This document shows positions 19,004-29,623 of a DNA stretch of 64,000 nt, piece after piece; position 1 is the stretch's first letter, and each line of letters opens with the position of its first letter. Below the pieces are notes generated by a model that saw only the letters and a program-made list of their open reading frames with translations, did no database searches and was not told where the DNA came from. This DNA comes from a virus (taxonomy: Duplodnaviria > Caudoviricetes), in the IMG/VR virus record IMGVR_UViG_2884366220_000001, positions 8,305 through 72,304 of that record, one strand, 5' to 3'. The position numbers were made by a program, and so were the translations under genes.

Positions 19004-19575
19004 CCGAGCAGGACTACATCGACTACTTCACTGATCTGGCCACAAAAAATTTGGCCATCGGCCACACGCCAGACCGGCCGCGTTTCTACGTGATTCACGA
19101 TAACAACATGAGCGAACTGACAAACGCCATGCGGAATCTACGGGTACCGGCACTGCTGATCGACCAGTACTACGACGATATCGACCGCACCCAGGACAAT
19201 CCGCGCCTGCGAATTTCAGGCGGCCTGAACGTACTGGTTAAGTGCAATACGGGAGATACCAAGGATGTTCGCCGGGCCAGAGAAGAAGCCCGGCAGATTG
19301 CCCGTCAATTTCTGAACCGGATGTTCAACGATTCCCGGACACCGGGTAGCGTACTATGCCGGCAGGGTAGGGCTGTCACCGTGTCGACACAGTACCAGGG
19401 CGAACCAATGGCCGACATGCAGAATTACGCCGGTTGGGGCTATCCCTTCGAGTGGACTGTAGCCCAGAATGTCGCGGTTGTCAATAATGAGTGGGACGAT
19501 CTGAGGCCGAAGCCAGCTCCTGAACCTGAGCCAGTGCCGGCACCACAACCGGCTCCGGTGCTTAGTCAGGATTAA
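19000..19575 (+). CDS. Putative tail terminator/completion protein
   Basis: ATG 19000 overlaps upstream stop; size and position fit; Pro-rich C-terminal tail. Confidence 0.5.
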   Translation: MTEQDYIDYFTDLATKNLAIGHTPDRPRFYVIHDNNMSELTNAMRNLRVPALLIDQYYDDIDRTQDNPRLRISGGLNVLVKCNTGDTKDVRRAREEARQIARQFLNRMFNDSRTPGSVLCRQGRAVTVSTQYQGEPMADMQNYAGWGYPFEWTVAQNVAVVNNEWDDLRPKPAPEPEPVPAPQPAPVLSQD

Positions 19576-19631
19576 ATGGCCATCCAGAATCGACACGTTA
19601 CCGGTACGTGTCGATACGCTGTACATGGGCT

Positions 19632-19678
19632 GTCATCACGCCTGTCACGGCCTGAGCCATAGCGCGCGCAGAATTTCG
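19632..19678 (+). promoter_or_regulatory. Phage late promoter copy 4
   Basis: 18-mer at 19632-19649, 21 nt, GAATTTCG (19671-19678), ATG at 19683. Confidence 0.8.
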
Positions 19679-19682
19679 CGCT

Positions 19683-21679
19683 ATGGCCGTTTCTATTGTT
19701 TCCAGTCCCGATCCACACGCACTCTCTCAGGGCGGACGTACTACGTTCGTTTTTCAGGGGCCGGGCGTGTGGCCAGCAGTGGACAAAAGGCGGTCTGTAC
19801 GCTGGCTATCACCGGGGCTATCGCCGACGGTACCATCCTGAATTTTCGCTGGAATGGAATCACCCGCGCCGTCGTCGCCAAAACGGCACCCGCTGCCCCC
19901 AACGAGTTTGCCGCTGGGGGCAACAGCGTCGACTACGTCAACGCGCTGGCCGACTGGTTTTCCAGGAATTTTCCCTTTCAGCAGGACTTCGTGGTTACGC
20001 GGGGCGTCGACATCGGCCCGCTTCGTACCATTCAATTCACTGCGAAGAAAGCCGGGGCTGCCTACAACATCACCCCGTTCGGAGGTTCGTTTGCCCTGGT
20101 CGGCGGCTCAACGCTGCCCTATCAGCTGACGGTGGCTACCAAAGGGGCCGACCCCGTAGTACGAAGCCAATACAGCGTGTACGCCGAACTGCACATGCAG
20201 GGAATCGGCGAGAATGCCCCCTACGAGCTGATCTTCCCGACGTTTATCGACATCGACGATAAAGGACAGGGGATCTGGGACGTGGGTGATCTGCTGCACG
20301 CCCGGCTGGAGGACGATCTGCCCGTCTGGAATTTTCCCACGACGACCTATTGCGCCAAATCGGCCCGTAACTACCTCATCAAATACGCCGAAGCGTACGG
20401 AAACCCCCGTCAGGTTGGGGCGCTCGCAACCGACACGACACGCCGGATCTACCGGGGCGGGGCTGACTACGTCCACCGCGCCGGCGCAGGCTTCGATCTG
20501 TTGCCGGTCACTCAGACCAACAGCGGTGGTATTCTTCAGTACCGGGCGCTTCGGCTCGGCTCGGCCCATCGGTACGTGCGTGTCGACGAGCCCCAGTATT
20601 TAACCTTTGTTAATTCGACCGGCGTAGCGGCTGCTGCCGTTTCGCTGTCGGTTACGCTCATCTTCAGTGATAAGACGGAACTGACGGCCGTCACGCCCTA
20701 CGATCCGGTGATTTTCCCGATCGGGGGCAAGTGGTGCTTCGCCGTGGGAGTCACGCAGCTGAAGTTGTTGGACAAAGTGCCGGCCGGCAAAACGCTGGTG
20801 GAATACCTGGTGCAGCTGGTCGCACCAACGGATATTTCGCCCATCTACCGGTTTACGCTGAATGTGCAGCATGAGCCGTATACGCGCTACTTCGCCTACA
20901 TCAATTCGCTGGGTGCGCTCGAAACACTGGCCACCTATGGCAAGGGTTCGCGTGAGCTGAGCCTGTTCTCGGAGAGTGCCGACCGGTATCTGCCGGCCGG
21001 TTACGACGTGTCGGGCGGGCAGTTCGTGCAGTATGACTTGCAGGTGCAGCAGCAGACCGAAGTGACCACCGGTTTTCGCCGGGCGGCTGAACTGCGCGGC
21101 TGGACCGACTTCTACCGCTCGCCCCTGAAGTTTCACCTTCGCTACGCTCAGGCGCTGCCGATCGGCGTAATCAGTAAATCGATCAAACAGGGTAAAGATG
21201 GCGATACCCTGTTTGCTCATGCTTTTCAGTACCAATACCTCTACCGCGACGATTTCTACACCGTCAGCGTGGAAGAAGAAGCGGCTCAGGGGGATGCCTA
21301 CCCCCCGCAGAACTTCTCAGCGGCCAGTGGCGGTACCATTTCGATTCAGCCTGTCACGGTAGTACCCAGCGTCGACAAGACCGTGCCCGACGTGGTGCGT
21401 ACCCTGACGGTCGACAAGGTTCTGTCGTTTTCCGTGGCCAGTGCCAAGGTCGACCAGCTGGCGGCTCGTAATCTGCTCGACGAGCCGACCGGCCGGCTGC
21501 TGTTTCGGCCCTTCGACCAGGCGATCGACTTCATTAAGGACATCGCCAACCGGCCCAATAACCGGGACGGCTACGGCCTGTCCGACGTGCTGACCCAGAA
21601 AGAAACCCAGCAACAGATTCTGGACCTGGTCCCGCTCCGGGTAGCCTTAAAATCCTGGACTGACCAAATCGAACCCTGA
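19683..21679 (+). CDS. Tail tip/baseplate structural protein, split by 1-nt deletion near G-run 19757-19760
   Basis: ATG 19683 (MAVSIVSSPDPHALSQGGRTTFVFQG) joins the long frame if one G is added; RYFAYINSLGALET tail-protein motif. Confidence 0.65.
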
Positions 21680-21681
21680 CC

Positions 21682-21990
21682 ATGCCCGGCATTCGCATTC
21701 AACAGCCGATCGGCCCGGACTGGGAATACAGTCTCGACGGCCAGACCTGGCAAAAGCAGCCCCTTTTTACGACTAGAGTCGATGGCTCGGCTTTCAAGCC
21801 TGGCCAGAGCTACCCGGTGCAGGTCCGTAATCTGGTACTGGGCCGGCTAGCAGTAGGTACCATCGTTTTTGGTGACCTCAGCAACGAAGGGCAGCGGGGG
21901 GTGCCCAACAATCAGCGCTATGGCCGGGGCACGTTGCTCAAACCCGGCCTGCCCGAATTCTCCTATGATTTCTCCGACGACTTTGATTAG
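21682..21990 (+). CDS. Small tail-associated protein with C-terminal FSYDFSDDFD motif
   Basis: EYSLDGQTWQ Ig-like strand; aromatic-acidic C-terminal peptide. Confidence 0.55.
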   Translation: MPGIRIQQPIGPDWEYSLDGQTWQKQPLFTTRVDGSAFKPGQSYPVQVRNLVLGRLAVGTIVFGDLSNEGQRGVPNNQRYGRGTLLKPGLPEFSYDFSDDFD

Positions 21991-21992
21991 CC

Positions 21993-24083
21993 ATGCCTGC
22001 AACGCTGCCTGACCCCTACGTATACAGCCCCGACAATTGGCTGGCGGTACCCGATCTGACCACAAACCAGGTCCGCTACTGGCCCATGCCCTGCCATAAG
22101 GTAACGCACCAGCTGGTGAGCGAGGAACTTGCCAACTACCTGCTGCGCACGGTACCGGGCGCTTTCAATGATCTGCTCGATGAGCTGCCCGATGGCGTGC
22201 GCGACGACGGCGATCGGCAGCCCACCACCCTGAATCTGCTGGCTGGTACCAATAACATAATCAGCCGGTATATCTGCACGGGCGGTTACACCCAGCCTAA
22301 ATTCTGGCGCGCGAGTCAGGCGCTGGCCGTGGCTGTCATCAATCCCGCCCTGCTGGCCGATAATGACGGCGGTACCATCTCGCTGGAACGGCTCGAAGTA
22401 CTGGGTCTCGATGATCTGCTGATGCTACTCATCAGCCAGGCTAAACCCGCGACAATATTGGCGTTGTGCAGCCGGTTGAGTAGCGCGGGTTGCGGCTCGC
22501 AGCCCGCCATTGAAGTCGCCAGCTACCTGGTAGCTGACCTGCTGGAGCCAATCGTGCCCCCATCCGGGACTACGACGCCCACGCCCACGCCCACCCCAAC
22601 GCCCACCCCGACGCCCACTGTGCCCAGTAAGCCGACACTGGTACTGCGTGTAGAGGTCAACAACTGCGATAAGGTAGCGGGCTGGATCATTGACACATCC
22701 AATCCGAAAGTGGCCCAGTCGGTCGACATTTTTGTGAATGATAAGCTGGTCGCCACCGTCACGGCCAGCAAACTGCGCGATGACGTAGCCAAGACCTTTT
22801 CAGGCGACGTAAACAGCCTGTACGGCTTTGAGTGGATAAAGCCGGCCAGCCTGCGGGATGGCTCTTCGCATAAGACCCGCGTCTTTGGCCGCGATAACGC
22901 TGTCGAGGCTGAATACGCCGGGTCGACCATCAGTGGCCCCTGCGGTACGGCGCCCAGTGAACCGACGCCCGCGCCGGTACGTGTGATTCAGTACCGCATC
23001 GATGGGCCATTCTCCATCCCTGAGCAGGGAGGAGATAAGCTGTTCTGGGTGACCGAGCGGCTCAGTTATCCCGATAAGGCCGAGCGCCGACGTACCGCCG
23101 TCAGCAATTTCCGGCTCAAAGAAAACGATGTGCCCTCGCTGGTGCTGACGCCCACCGCCAATTCGGCGGAAGTCATTCTCAACCTGAGCAGTATCGACAA
23201 GACAGTTCGCAAAACACTGGTCGCTGAATTTCCCGAAGGCGGTTCGGCCGAAATGACGATCGAACTGGTCGACACGAGCTGTCACCGCCCATCGGGTCAG
23301 GATTACAAGCCACTTCTGGTGTGGAATGCCGTGCCAGCCGGGGGCGGCAATGCCCGCACCTTCGATACGCTCGACGATGCCAACAATACGCTCGGCAAGC
23401 ATTTCGATGATAGCAGCCCACTGAAGCTCGACGGCTCAACCTTTGCCGCCGAAATGGCCAACTACAATGTGGGTACCGACGTGTACCTGTACTGGTCACC
23501 AGGTGTTGACTCTTGCGCCCGCGTGTCCGACCGAATCTATTATGTGCTCAACGGCGACTCCAGCAACGGCCAGAAACTGGCCATTCAGGTGGTGGCCGGC
23601 AAGATTGCCGCTGTTAAACGCTCTGATTACAGCACGCCTACCGGTGCCCCCCAGCCCCCTAACAGCTCGCTGAGTGCCATTGCCTACGGCTACACCGGGG
23701 TAAATGACCAGTACTCGGGGGATCTGCTGGTGTTCGCCAAAAACGGCACCCAGCCAGCGAACGGTATGGCCGATACCTCAACGGTGCCGACAACCGGCTT
23801 CAGCAACGGCAACCAGACGCTGGACGATAACTCCTCGATGTCGACGATCGACAACTACCTGAACCAAGCCGACGTGGTGCCCCGCTGGGTATCGCTGCTC
23901 CAGGCGGCTAAGCAGGCCGGCTACAGCTACGTAGGCCGGGGTAGTGGTATCGATAACCCCGGCGAAGCTATTCGCTACCGGGTGCGCGGTAACCGGAGCG
24001 AGACCGGCTACAAGGAATACACGTTCATCACGCCCAACTACGACGTCGCGGTTGGCCTCACCCAACTCTATCCCGCCCCATGA
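21993..24083 (+). CDS. Multidomain tail fibre/adhesin with Ig-like domains and PT linker
   Basis: (TP)n linker ~22570-22625; GWIIDT...VDIFVNDKLV...RDDV...YGF Ig-like module. Confidence 0.6.
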   Translation: MPATLPDPYVYSPDNWLAVPDLTTNQVRYWPMPCHKVTHQLVSEELANYLLRTVPGAFNDLLDELPDGVRDDGDRQPTTLNLLAGTNNIISRYICTGGYTQPKFWRASQALAVAVINPALLADNDGGTISLERLEVLGLDDLLMLLISQAKPATILALCSRLSSAGCGSQPAIEVASYLVADLLEPIVPPSGTTTPTPTPTPTPTPTPTVPSKPTLVLRVEVNNCDKVAGWIIDTSNPKVAQSVDIFVNDKLVATVTASKLRDDVAKTFSGDVNSLYGFEWIKPASLRDGSSHKTRVFGRDNAVEAEYAGSTISGPCGTAPSEPTPAPVRVIQYRIDGPFSIPEQGGDKLFWVTERLSYPDKAERRRTAVSNFRLKENDVPSLVLTPTANSAEVILNLSSIDKTVRKTLVAEFPEGGSAEMTIELVDTSCHRPSGQDYKPLLVWNAVPAGGGNARTFDTLDDANNTLGKHFDDSSPLKLDGSTFAAEMANYNVGTDVYLYWSPGVDSCARVSDRIYYVLNGDSSNGQKLAIQVVAGKIAAVKRSDYSTPTGAPQPPNSSLSAIAYGYTGVNDQYSGDLLVFAKNGTQPANGMADTSTVPTTGFSNGNQTLDDNSSMSTIDNYLNQADVVPRWVSLLQAAKQAGYSYVGRGSGIDNPGEAIRYRVRGNRSETGYKEYTFITPNYDVAVGLTQLYPAP

Positions 24084-25282
24084 TCCAGGCAGTCATTCAA
24101 AATCAGGCCGCCAAAACGATCGGCTATTTCGGTGTCGATGACACCAACACTTGTGGAGATAAAGCGGGCCTGTTTCCCGAAAAGCCCACCCCGGCTCAAC
24201 TGGCTAAGGTGAATACCTTACCAGCTGGACAGTACCGCTCGCTGTGCGTCCGATCGGCCAGCAAGATCACCGCGCTCTACGTGGCCCGCAACCCCGACGG
24301 TGCGCTGTCGTTTTACGCCAGTGGGTCCGGCACTATAACGCTGGTGCTGACGGCGCTGGGGGGCGGAGGCTACAACCAGACCAAGGTGATGACTACGGCT
24401 GACGGCCCCTACAGCCGCGACGGGCTGTTTACCGGCTCGCTGGTGTACGGTTCGCTGTTTGGTAATACGGCCGACGCCCAGTACCAGCTGCTGGCCAAAG
24501 ACGACGCTGGCGGCATTGACGGCTACGTGCTGACGCTGAACGACTCGACGCCGGCGCAGGCCCTGAAAACGGCCTCGTCCAAACTGACGGCGCTCTACGT
24601 CGCCCGCAACAGCGGAGGGTCGCTGTCATTTTACGTCAGTGGGTCGGGAACGCTCACCCTGACGCTGGCCTGCGTGGATGGCACCTCCACCTACAGCCAG
24701 ACCAAAGTGATGACGACTGCCGACGGTCCTTACGGCCGTGACGGGCTGTTTACCGGTACGCTTGCCTATGGCTCCCTGTTTACCAATGTACCCAATGCCC
24801 GGTTTGGACTAACGGTTCGCGACGATGCAGGCGGTCAGGAACAGTTCAGCTTCAGCACGACCGATACCGGGCCGTTTCAGGTACTGAAAGCCGGATCGTC
24901 GACGGGTGGTGGCTCGGGTGGTGGCTCGGGTGGTGGCTCGGGTGGTGGCTCGGGTGGGGTGCCCAGCCCGACTATCAAGGGCAAGATTGACCACATCAGC
25001 CCCTCGCGCCGGCCGGATTTGATGCAGATCGTAGTAACCGCTTATCAGGAAGCTGACGGTTCATGGTGGCTCAAATTCGACGATAGCGCAACAGGTATCA
25101 CCGAGAAATTCTACCGGGGTATTGGCGAAGGCTCTTGGATCACCCTGGCTCAGCTACGGGCACTGCGGGTACCAGCTGGCTACCTGTACGCCATCTCGTG
25201 TATGCAGATGTCGTCGCCCGCTGACGACAGCAAAATCAATGATCAGACGGCGCACTGCGTCCAATTTATTTACACCAGCTAG
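24080..25282 (+). CDS. Tail-associated protein with tandem duplicated domain and (GGGS)4 linker
   Basis: Two copies of SKxTALYVARN...QTKVMTTADGPY.RDGLFTG.L.YGSLF...DDAGG; GGTGGTGGCTCG repeats ~24905-24958. Confidence 0.65.
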   Translation: MIQAVIQNQAAKTIGYFGVDDTNTCGDKAGLFPEKPTPAQLAKVNTLPAGQYRSLCVRSASKITALYVARNPDGALSFYASGSGTITLVLTALGGGGYNQTKVMTTADGPYSRDGLFTGSLVYGSLFGNTADAQYQLLAKDDAGGIDGYVLTLNDSTPAQALKTASSKLTALYVARNSGGSLSFYVSGSGTLTLTLACVDGTSTYSQTKVMTTADGPYGRDGLFTGTLAYGSLFTNVPNARFGLTVRDDAGGQEQFSFSTTDTGPFQVLKAGSSTGGGSGGGSGGGSGGGSGGVPSPTIKGKIDHISPSRRPDLMQIVVTAYQEADGSWWLKFDDSATGITEKFYRGIGEGSWITLAQLRALRVPAGYLYAISCMQMSSPADDSKINDQTAHCVQFIYTS

Positions 25283-25284
25283 AC

Positions 25285-26736
25285 ATGGGAGTACCACTAA
25301 TTAAAGACCGAACCCTGCCCCGTCAGCCCGGAAAAGAATACGAAGAGGTGCCCCTGGTGACAGATGGCTCGATGAACCTCAATTTCCGCAACGGGGAAAC
25401 CTATTCGCAGGCACCGACCAACGCCTGCGACTTCCACGGCTACATCGACAAGAACATTCACTATATGCTGAATGGGGGCGTCATCACGCCGGCCGGGATG
25501 GCGTACATGCGTACGATGTTTATGAAGGATGCCAACATCCAAGACATCAATCCGGGCAAGCCGTTTAACCAGTTTACAAAGGACGAATGTTACGCAGTTG
25601 CCGAGTTCCTGTGGGCCAATAAAGGGCCATTTGGTATCGTTAGTGGCGAGGCTCAGGAGTCTGGCAGTGACTGGCGTTTCCAAACCGACTACGCTCCTCA
25701 GCAGTGTAAGTGGGTGCTGGAAGGGCTCTCTAAGCTAAAGGAAAAATACGCCCAGTTCATCAACCTCGGCGCGTCGTACGCAGGTCCTACCACGTTCTGG
25801 CCTACCAAGTCGAACCTGGCGGCCGTGAGTGATGCGTGTAGCGACTTCAACAAGCTAAAGCAGTTCCTCACTAGCTACGAATGGGGGTTTGCAAAATACG
25901 TGTCGATGGATATGCACCTAACCGGTGCCCTGCCGCAGGTGAATTTGTACATGGTTCTCAACAACGGCTGGGACCAGTACTGGAAATCCCGGCTAGGGCT
26001 GCTCATGATGGGGCAGTTCCTGAAGGGCGTTAACCTCGACCCACGCGACCAGGGCGGCTTCGGCTGGTGGCGCTGTGCTGCCGGGATCGACCCGTTCACT
26101 GAACAATACCAGATCGATTTAGGGAATGGTCTGGTAGCAAATACAGCCGACTTTAACATTCAGAACCCGCAGTTGCAGTTTGCCACGGCCGCTATGGCCA
26201 TGCAGACGATCCGGCACGTACTTGGGTGGGATAACCCCTACGTGTTTGGGATTGACCGCAACAAGATCGCCCGTCCTGACAACACCGGTCGATATAGCCT
26301 GTCAGGTTCGACAAACGGGCGAACGCTCATCGACAATGGTCGATTCAAACCCGCTCCTCCGCAGAGTGGCGTCGACTACGCATTCCCCAACGTCTATTAT
26401 GGCCCTAACGATTTAGGTGCACTCGCTGCGAAAATGCGGTGTCTGAGTACCGATTTCGTTAACGCTTGGCCCGGCCCTGTGAAGTGGCGTCCTGCCGGCA
26501 CATCGACCTGGAAAACACTCGATCACACCTATTACCCGAGCAGCTGCTACAACAAGGAGCCCGACGTAAACATGGCGACCGATGGCGTCAATACAGCTGG
26601 TGGGAAGCGCGTGGTTACCATCTACGGCGCAGGCCGGGGCGGTACGATCGAGATCGACCTGGGCGGCTCGAATAACGTGGCCACGATCACCTATCCGGGT
26701 GAGGTCTATAAGCAATACGAAATCACGCTAACCTAA
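25285..26736 (+). CDS. Tail-region protein, possibly a glycan-active enzyme
   Basis: 483 aa, rich in aromatic residues; fold not recognised. Confidence 0.5.
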   Translation: MGVPLIKDRTLPRQPGKEYEEVPLVTDGSMNLNFRNGETYSQAPTNACDFHGYIDKNIHYMLNGGVITPAGMAYMRTMFMKDANIQDINPGKPFNQFTKDECYAVAEFLWANKGPFGIVSGEAQESGSDWRFQTDYAPQQCKWVLEGLSKLKEKYAQFINLGASYAGPTTFWPTKSNLAAVSDACSDFNKLKQFLTSYEWGFAKYVSMDMHLTGALPQVNLYMVLNNGWDQYWKSRLGLLMMGQFLKGVNLDPRDQGGFGWWRCAAGIDPFTEQYQIDLGNGLVANTADFNIQNPQLQFATAAMAMQTIRHVLGWDNPYVFGIDRNKIARPDNTGRYSLSGSTNGRTLIDNGRFKPAPPQSGVDYAFPNVYYGPNDLGALAAKMRCLSTDFVNAWPGPVKWRPAGTSTWKTLDHTYYPSSCYNKEPDVNMATDGVNTAGGKRVVTIYGAGRGGTIEIDLGGSNNVATITYPGEVYKQYEITLT

Positions 26737-26741
26737 TCGCC

Positions 26742-27047
26742 ATGCCACTATTTGCGCTCAAACGCGAACACGAAAAAATCAAGCGGGTCGAAGATCCTGG
26801 AAACCCTGAAACGTGGCCTAACGCGCTATACGAAGAGAACACCCGCTTGCTGGCCGACCGCTACTGGTATGCCGAGCAGGTCACGGCCGACAATCCTGAA
26901 ACGACCGAAGACGGCACGCCCATCGCCGAAGGCAATTACTGCATGTGGTATCGCTGGTCGGACGGTAGCTACCGCCGAACCGAGTCGGAACGTGAGTACT
27001 TCGAGAAGACCTACTTCGACGTCGACGAGCTACCTGACCAGTCCTGA
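26742..27047 (+). CDS. Small acidic phage protein
   Basis: In operon. Confidence 0.6.
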   Translation: MPLFALKREHEKIKRVEDPGNPETWPNALYEENTRLLADRYWYAEQVTADNPETTEDGTPIAEGNYCMWYRWSDGSYRRTESEREYFEKTYFDVDELPDQS

Positions 27048-27082
27048 ACCTTTATTCCATCATTCTTTAACGAGTCAACACC

Positions 27083-27847
27083 GTGGCTACCGAACAGGAT
27101 ACCCGTAACTTAATTACTTCCGAACTCCCCGATCGCAACGCGGCCGGCTCGACCCGCATCAAAGCAGCCGCCTTGCGAAAGGTGCTGAACTGGATCGTCG
27201 ACTACATCAAGAGCTACTCCCCCACGTTCTTCAACGCGCCTAATGGCGACGGGAGCGCCCTTTTTTCGGACAATCAGCCCGGTCTGGGTCTGATGCGCTT
27301 TCTGGGCAACAAGATTATTGGTGCCTCGGACTTTGGGATGATCAACATCAACTTGGCTGGGGATGGCTTCAGCTTCTGGCAGCAGCTGACGGCCACTAAA
27401 GACAAACTGCTGATGGCCGTGCGTCGGAATGGCGTCGCTATCGGTACCGACAATCCGGAAGAGTTATTGCACGTGGCTGGTCGCATCAAAACGTTTGGTT
27501 TGGTGGCTATCGGCGGGACGCCCACCGCCAGCCTACTCGGTACCGGACTCGGCACAGGGGGGACAGTCAGCATGGGTAGCGGAGCCACTGATCAGGCCGG
27601 TATGTTCATCATTACCACGGGCAGCAATCCGGGCGCGACGCAAATGGCCCGCATCAGCTTTGCCAACAAAGTAGCACGCACACCCACGGCCGTCATGATT
27701 TCGGGCTGTAGTACATCGTCTGGAAACCATCTCGGAAAGCTGGTTCTCTATGCCGAGTCATCGAGCGCCCTGATACTTACGGCGAGCGATGGGTCGATAC
27801 TGCCCGCCAATTCAACATTGTCCTTCTACTACCAGGTTATCGTATGA
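27083..27847 (+). CDS. Tail fibre protein
   Basis: N-terminal IKAAALRKVL anchor-like helix; VAIGTDNPEELLHVAG fibre repeat. Confidence 0.7.
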   Translation: MATEQDTRNLITSELPDRNAAGSTRIKAAALRKVLNWIVDYIKSYSPTFFNAPNGDGSALFSDNQPGLGLMRFLGNKIIGASDFGMININLAGDGFSFWQQLTATKDKLLMAVRRNGVAIGTDNPEELLHVAGRIKTFGLVAIGGTPTASLLGTGLGTGGTVSMGSGATDQAGMFIITTGSNPGATQMARISFANKVARTPTAVMISGCSTSSGNHLGKLVLYAESSSALILTASDGSILPANSTLSFYYQVIV

Positions 27848-28296
27848 AAAATCAGCTTGTTATTCCTATCAGCGACGACCCAATCACGGGACTGCCGCGC
27901 CAGGCTTCACTGGAAGCCTTTATTATCCAGTCCGACCTGAACATGACCATCCGCGCCCGGATCAGTTACCTGACCCCGGATGGTGGGCCGAAGCTAGCCG
28001 CCATTGCGGAAGACGTGAGCCTGTCGCCCTACCAGAAACAGGTTGCCGCCGAACAGTTTGTCGATCGCATTACCAATCGTCAGACGGGCGGCTCGTTTGT
28101 ACTGCCGGCGACCGGTCAGATCGTCGACGAGTCGACCGCGATGGCCGTTGCCCAGCGCGATTATTTTCAGGCCATTGACCTGGGTGACCTCAAGGCGCTG
28201 GGGCTAACGATCAACGATCAGACTACGCTGGCCGAACTGATGTATGCCGTACTAGGCATGGAAATCCGTAAGTCCGACGCCCGCAAGGAAATCTAG
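27844..28296 (+). CDS. Putative tail fibre assembly protein
   Basis: Overlaps fibre gene stop; 150 aa. Confidence 0.45.
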   Translation: MKNQLVIPISDDPITGLPRQASLEAFIIQSDLNMTIRARISYLTPDGGPKLAAIAEDVSLSPYQKQVAAEQFVDRITNRQTGGSFVLPATGQIVDESTAMAVAQRDYFQAIDLGDLKALGLTINDQTTLAELMYAVLGMEIRKSDARKEI

Positions 28297-28305
28297 TGCT
28301 CACGC

Positions 28306-28362
28306 GTCATCACGCCCGTCACGAACCGCCCGATCTGGACCTACCAGCTTCGGGCGGTTTTT
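28306..28362 (+). promoter_or_regulatory. Late promoter copy 5 fused with terminator hairpin; direct repeat 1
   Basis: GTCATCACGCCCGTCACG, 21 nt, CAGCTTCG (28345); AACCGCCCGA/TCGGGCGGTT stem plus T-run; 54/57 identical to 33153-33209. Confidence 0.8.
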
Positions 28363-28375
28363 TATCTCTAACTCT

Positions 28376-29002
28376 ATGAAGCACCTCATTTTGTGGGCGG
28401 GCCTGCTGCTCTCGCTCAGCTGCTCAGCGCAAACCATTCAGCCCTTCGACATGACCGTGTTCCGGGGCCAGATCAGCGAAAAAACCCTGCTCCTGTTGCT
28501 GGCAGACTCCTCCAGGAGTGTGAGCGCAACGGCCTACTGGGATCGGTTCGGGCGTATGCTGCCAGCTGATCAGCAGCCCATCCTGATTCGCTCCGCCCGG
28601 CCGGGAACCAGCCTGGTCGTTCGGCTGCAAAACACGCTCAATCTGCCGGCATCTGGTGGGTGGATCGAAATTCGTGTCGGTGGCCAGATCCGGGCCAGCG
28701 GCCGGCTGATCGTTACCCAGGTCCGTTCGCCAACGACGGCTTCCATCGACGCCCCCAGTGGTGTCGGCGAGGGTACGGTAAAGTTTTGGCGGCTCAGCAA
28801 CGCCGTCAGCGGACAGGAAATCCGCCACGGCTCAAGCAGCCGCTTGGTCAGTGCCCAGTTCTTCCGCGACGATACCGGGCAACTAGATCCGCTAATCCGG
28901 ATCGAGATCATCGACGAGAACCGGATTCGACTCATTGCCCCGCCCGGCGAAACCGTCAATGGCCAGCTCACGACTATCATCATTCAGAAGCTTACCCAAT
29001 AA
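28376..29002 (+). CDS. Signal-peptide-bearing baseplate/fibre-like protein
   Basis: MKHLILWAGLLLSLSCSA|Q; C-terminal IRHG...IEIIDENRIRL fibre-type module. Confidence 0.65.
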   Translation: MKHLILWAGLLLSLSCSAQTIQPFDMTVFRGQISEKTLLLLLADSSRSVSATAYWDRFGRMLPADQQPILIRSARPGTSLVVRLQNTLNLPASGGWIEIRVGGQIRASGRLIVTQVRSPTTASIDAPSGVGEGTVKFWRLSNAVSGQEIRHGSSSRLVSAQFFRDDTGQLDPLIRIEIIDENRIRLIAPPGETVNGQLTTIIIQKLTQ

Positions 29003-29032
29003 TCAATCCGTAACAATTAACCATCCATCTCA

Positions 29033-29623
29033 ATGAAACCATTTCGTGGTTTACTCGCCGGCCTACTGCTGGCAACCGTTTCTCTTTCCGTCCAGGCGCA
29101 GACGCAGGTAGCCAAGCGAGACACGGCCGCTACGACCCAGGCCAATCGACTCCAGTTGGGAGCCGATGACACGCGTATGGGTCAAAAAGGATCTACGGGC
29201 AACTTCCGGGGCTTCGCTTTCAAAGACGAAGTTGTTGCTGCCCAGGGGTCGGCCGTGCAGACGGTCAATAACAAAACGCCAACGGCGGGCAACATCAATA
29301 TTTCTGCCACTGATGTCGGCCTGGGTAACGTCAGTAATACCTCCGACGCTAACAAGCCAGTTTCAACGGCTCAGCAGCAGGCGTTCGATCTGAAGGCCAA
29401 TCAGGCCACATCGGTTTACAGTGACGCGGTGGCCAGCTATTCTGCCCTTTCCAGCTACACAGTGCCCAACGGGAAAGCCTACCTGATCACGGTGCGAAGC
29501 GATGAACGCTACAAGAAGAGGGATGGCAGTAACTCGATCAATACGCTGTACTGGAAATCGGTCTCCAGCGACGGCTCGACGACGACTCTGTATAAAGTCA
29601 CCTTTATCGACGAGTCGAATTGA
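29033..29623 (+). CDS. Signal-peptide-bearing tail-fibre-repeat protein
   Basis: MKPFRGLLAGLLLATVSLSVQA|Q; VQTVNNKT and DVGLGNVSNTSDANKPVSTAQQQAFDLKAN fibre repeats. Confidence 0.7.
   Translation: MKPFRGLLAGLLLATVSLSVQAQTQVAKRDTAATTQANRLQLGADDTRMGQKGSTGNFRGFAFKDEVVAAQGSAVQTVNNKTPTAGNINISATDVGLGNVSNTSDANKPVSTAQQQAFDLKANQATSVYSDAVASYSALSSYTVPNGKAYLITVRSDERYKKRDGSNSINTLYWKSVSSDGSTTTLYKVTFIDESN

Noticed and set aside
19625-19682. Track start of the 684-aa ORF
   Set aside because: Runs through the late promoter; the true start is probably ATG 19683 with a frameshift
24257-24835. Duplicated segment as DGR template/variable repeat
   Set aside because: Both copies are in-frame coding, differences are not adenine-specific, and no reverse transcriptase is present in the window
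24905-24958. GGTGGTGGCTCG tandem repeat (also the PT repeat at ~22570) as CRISPR-like array
   Set aside because: No spacers; encodes flexible linkers
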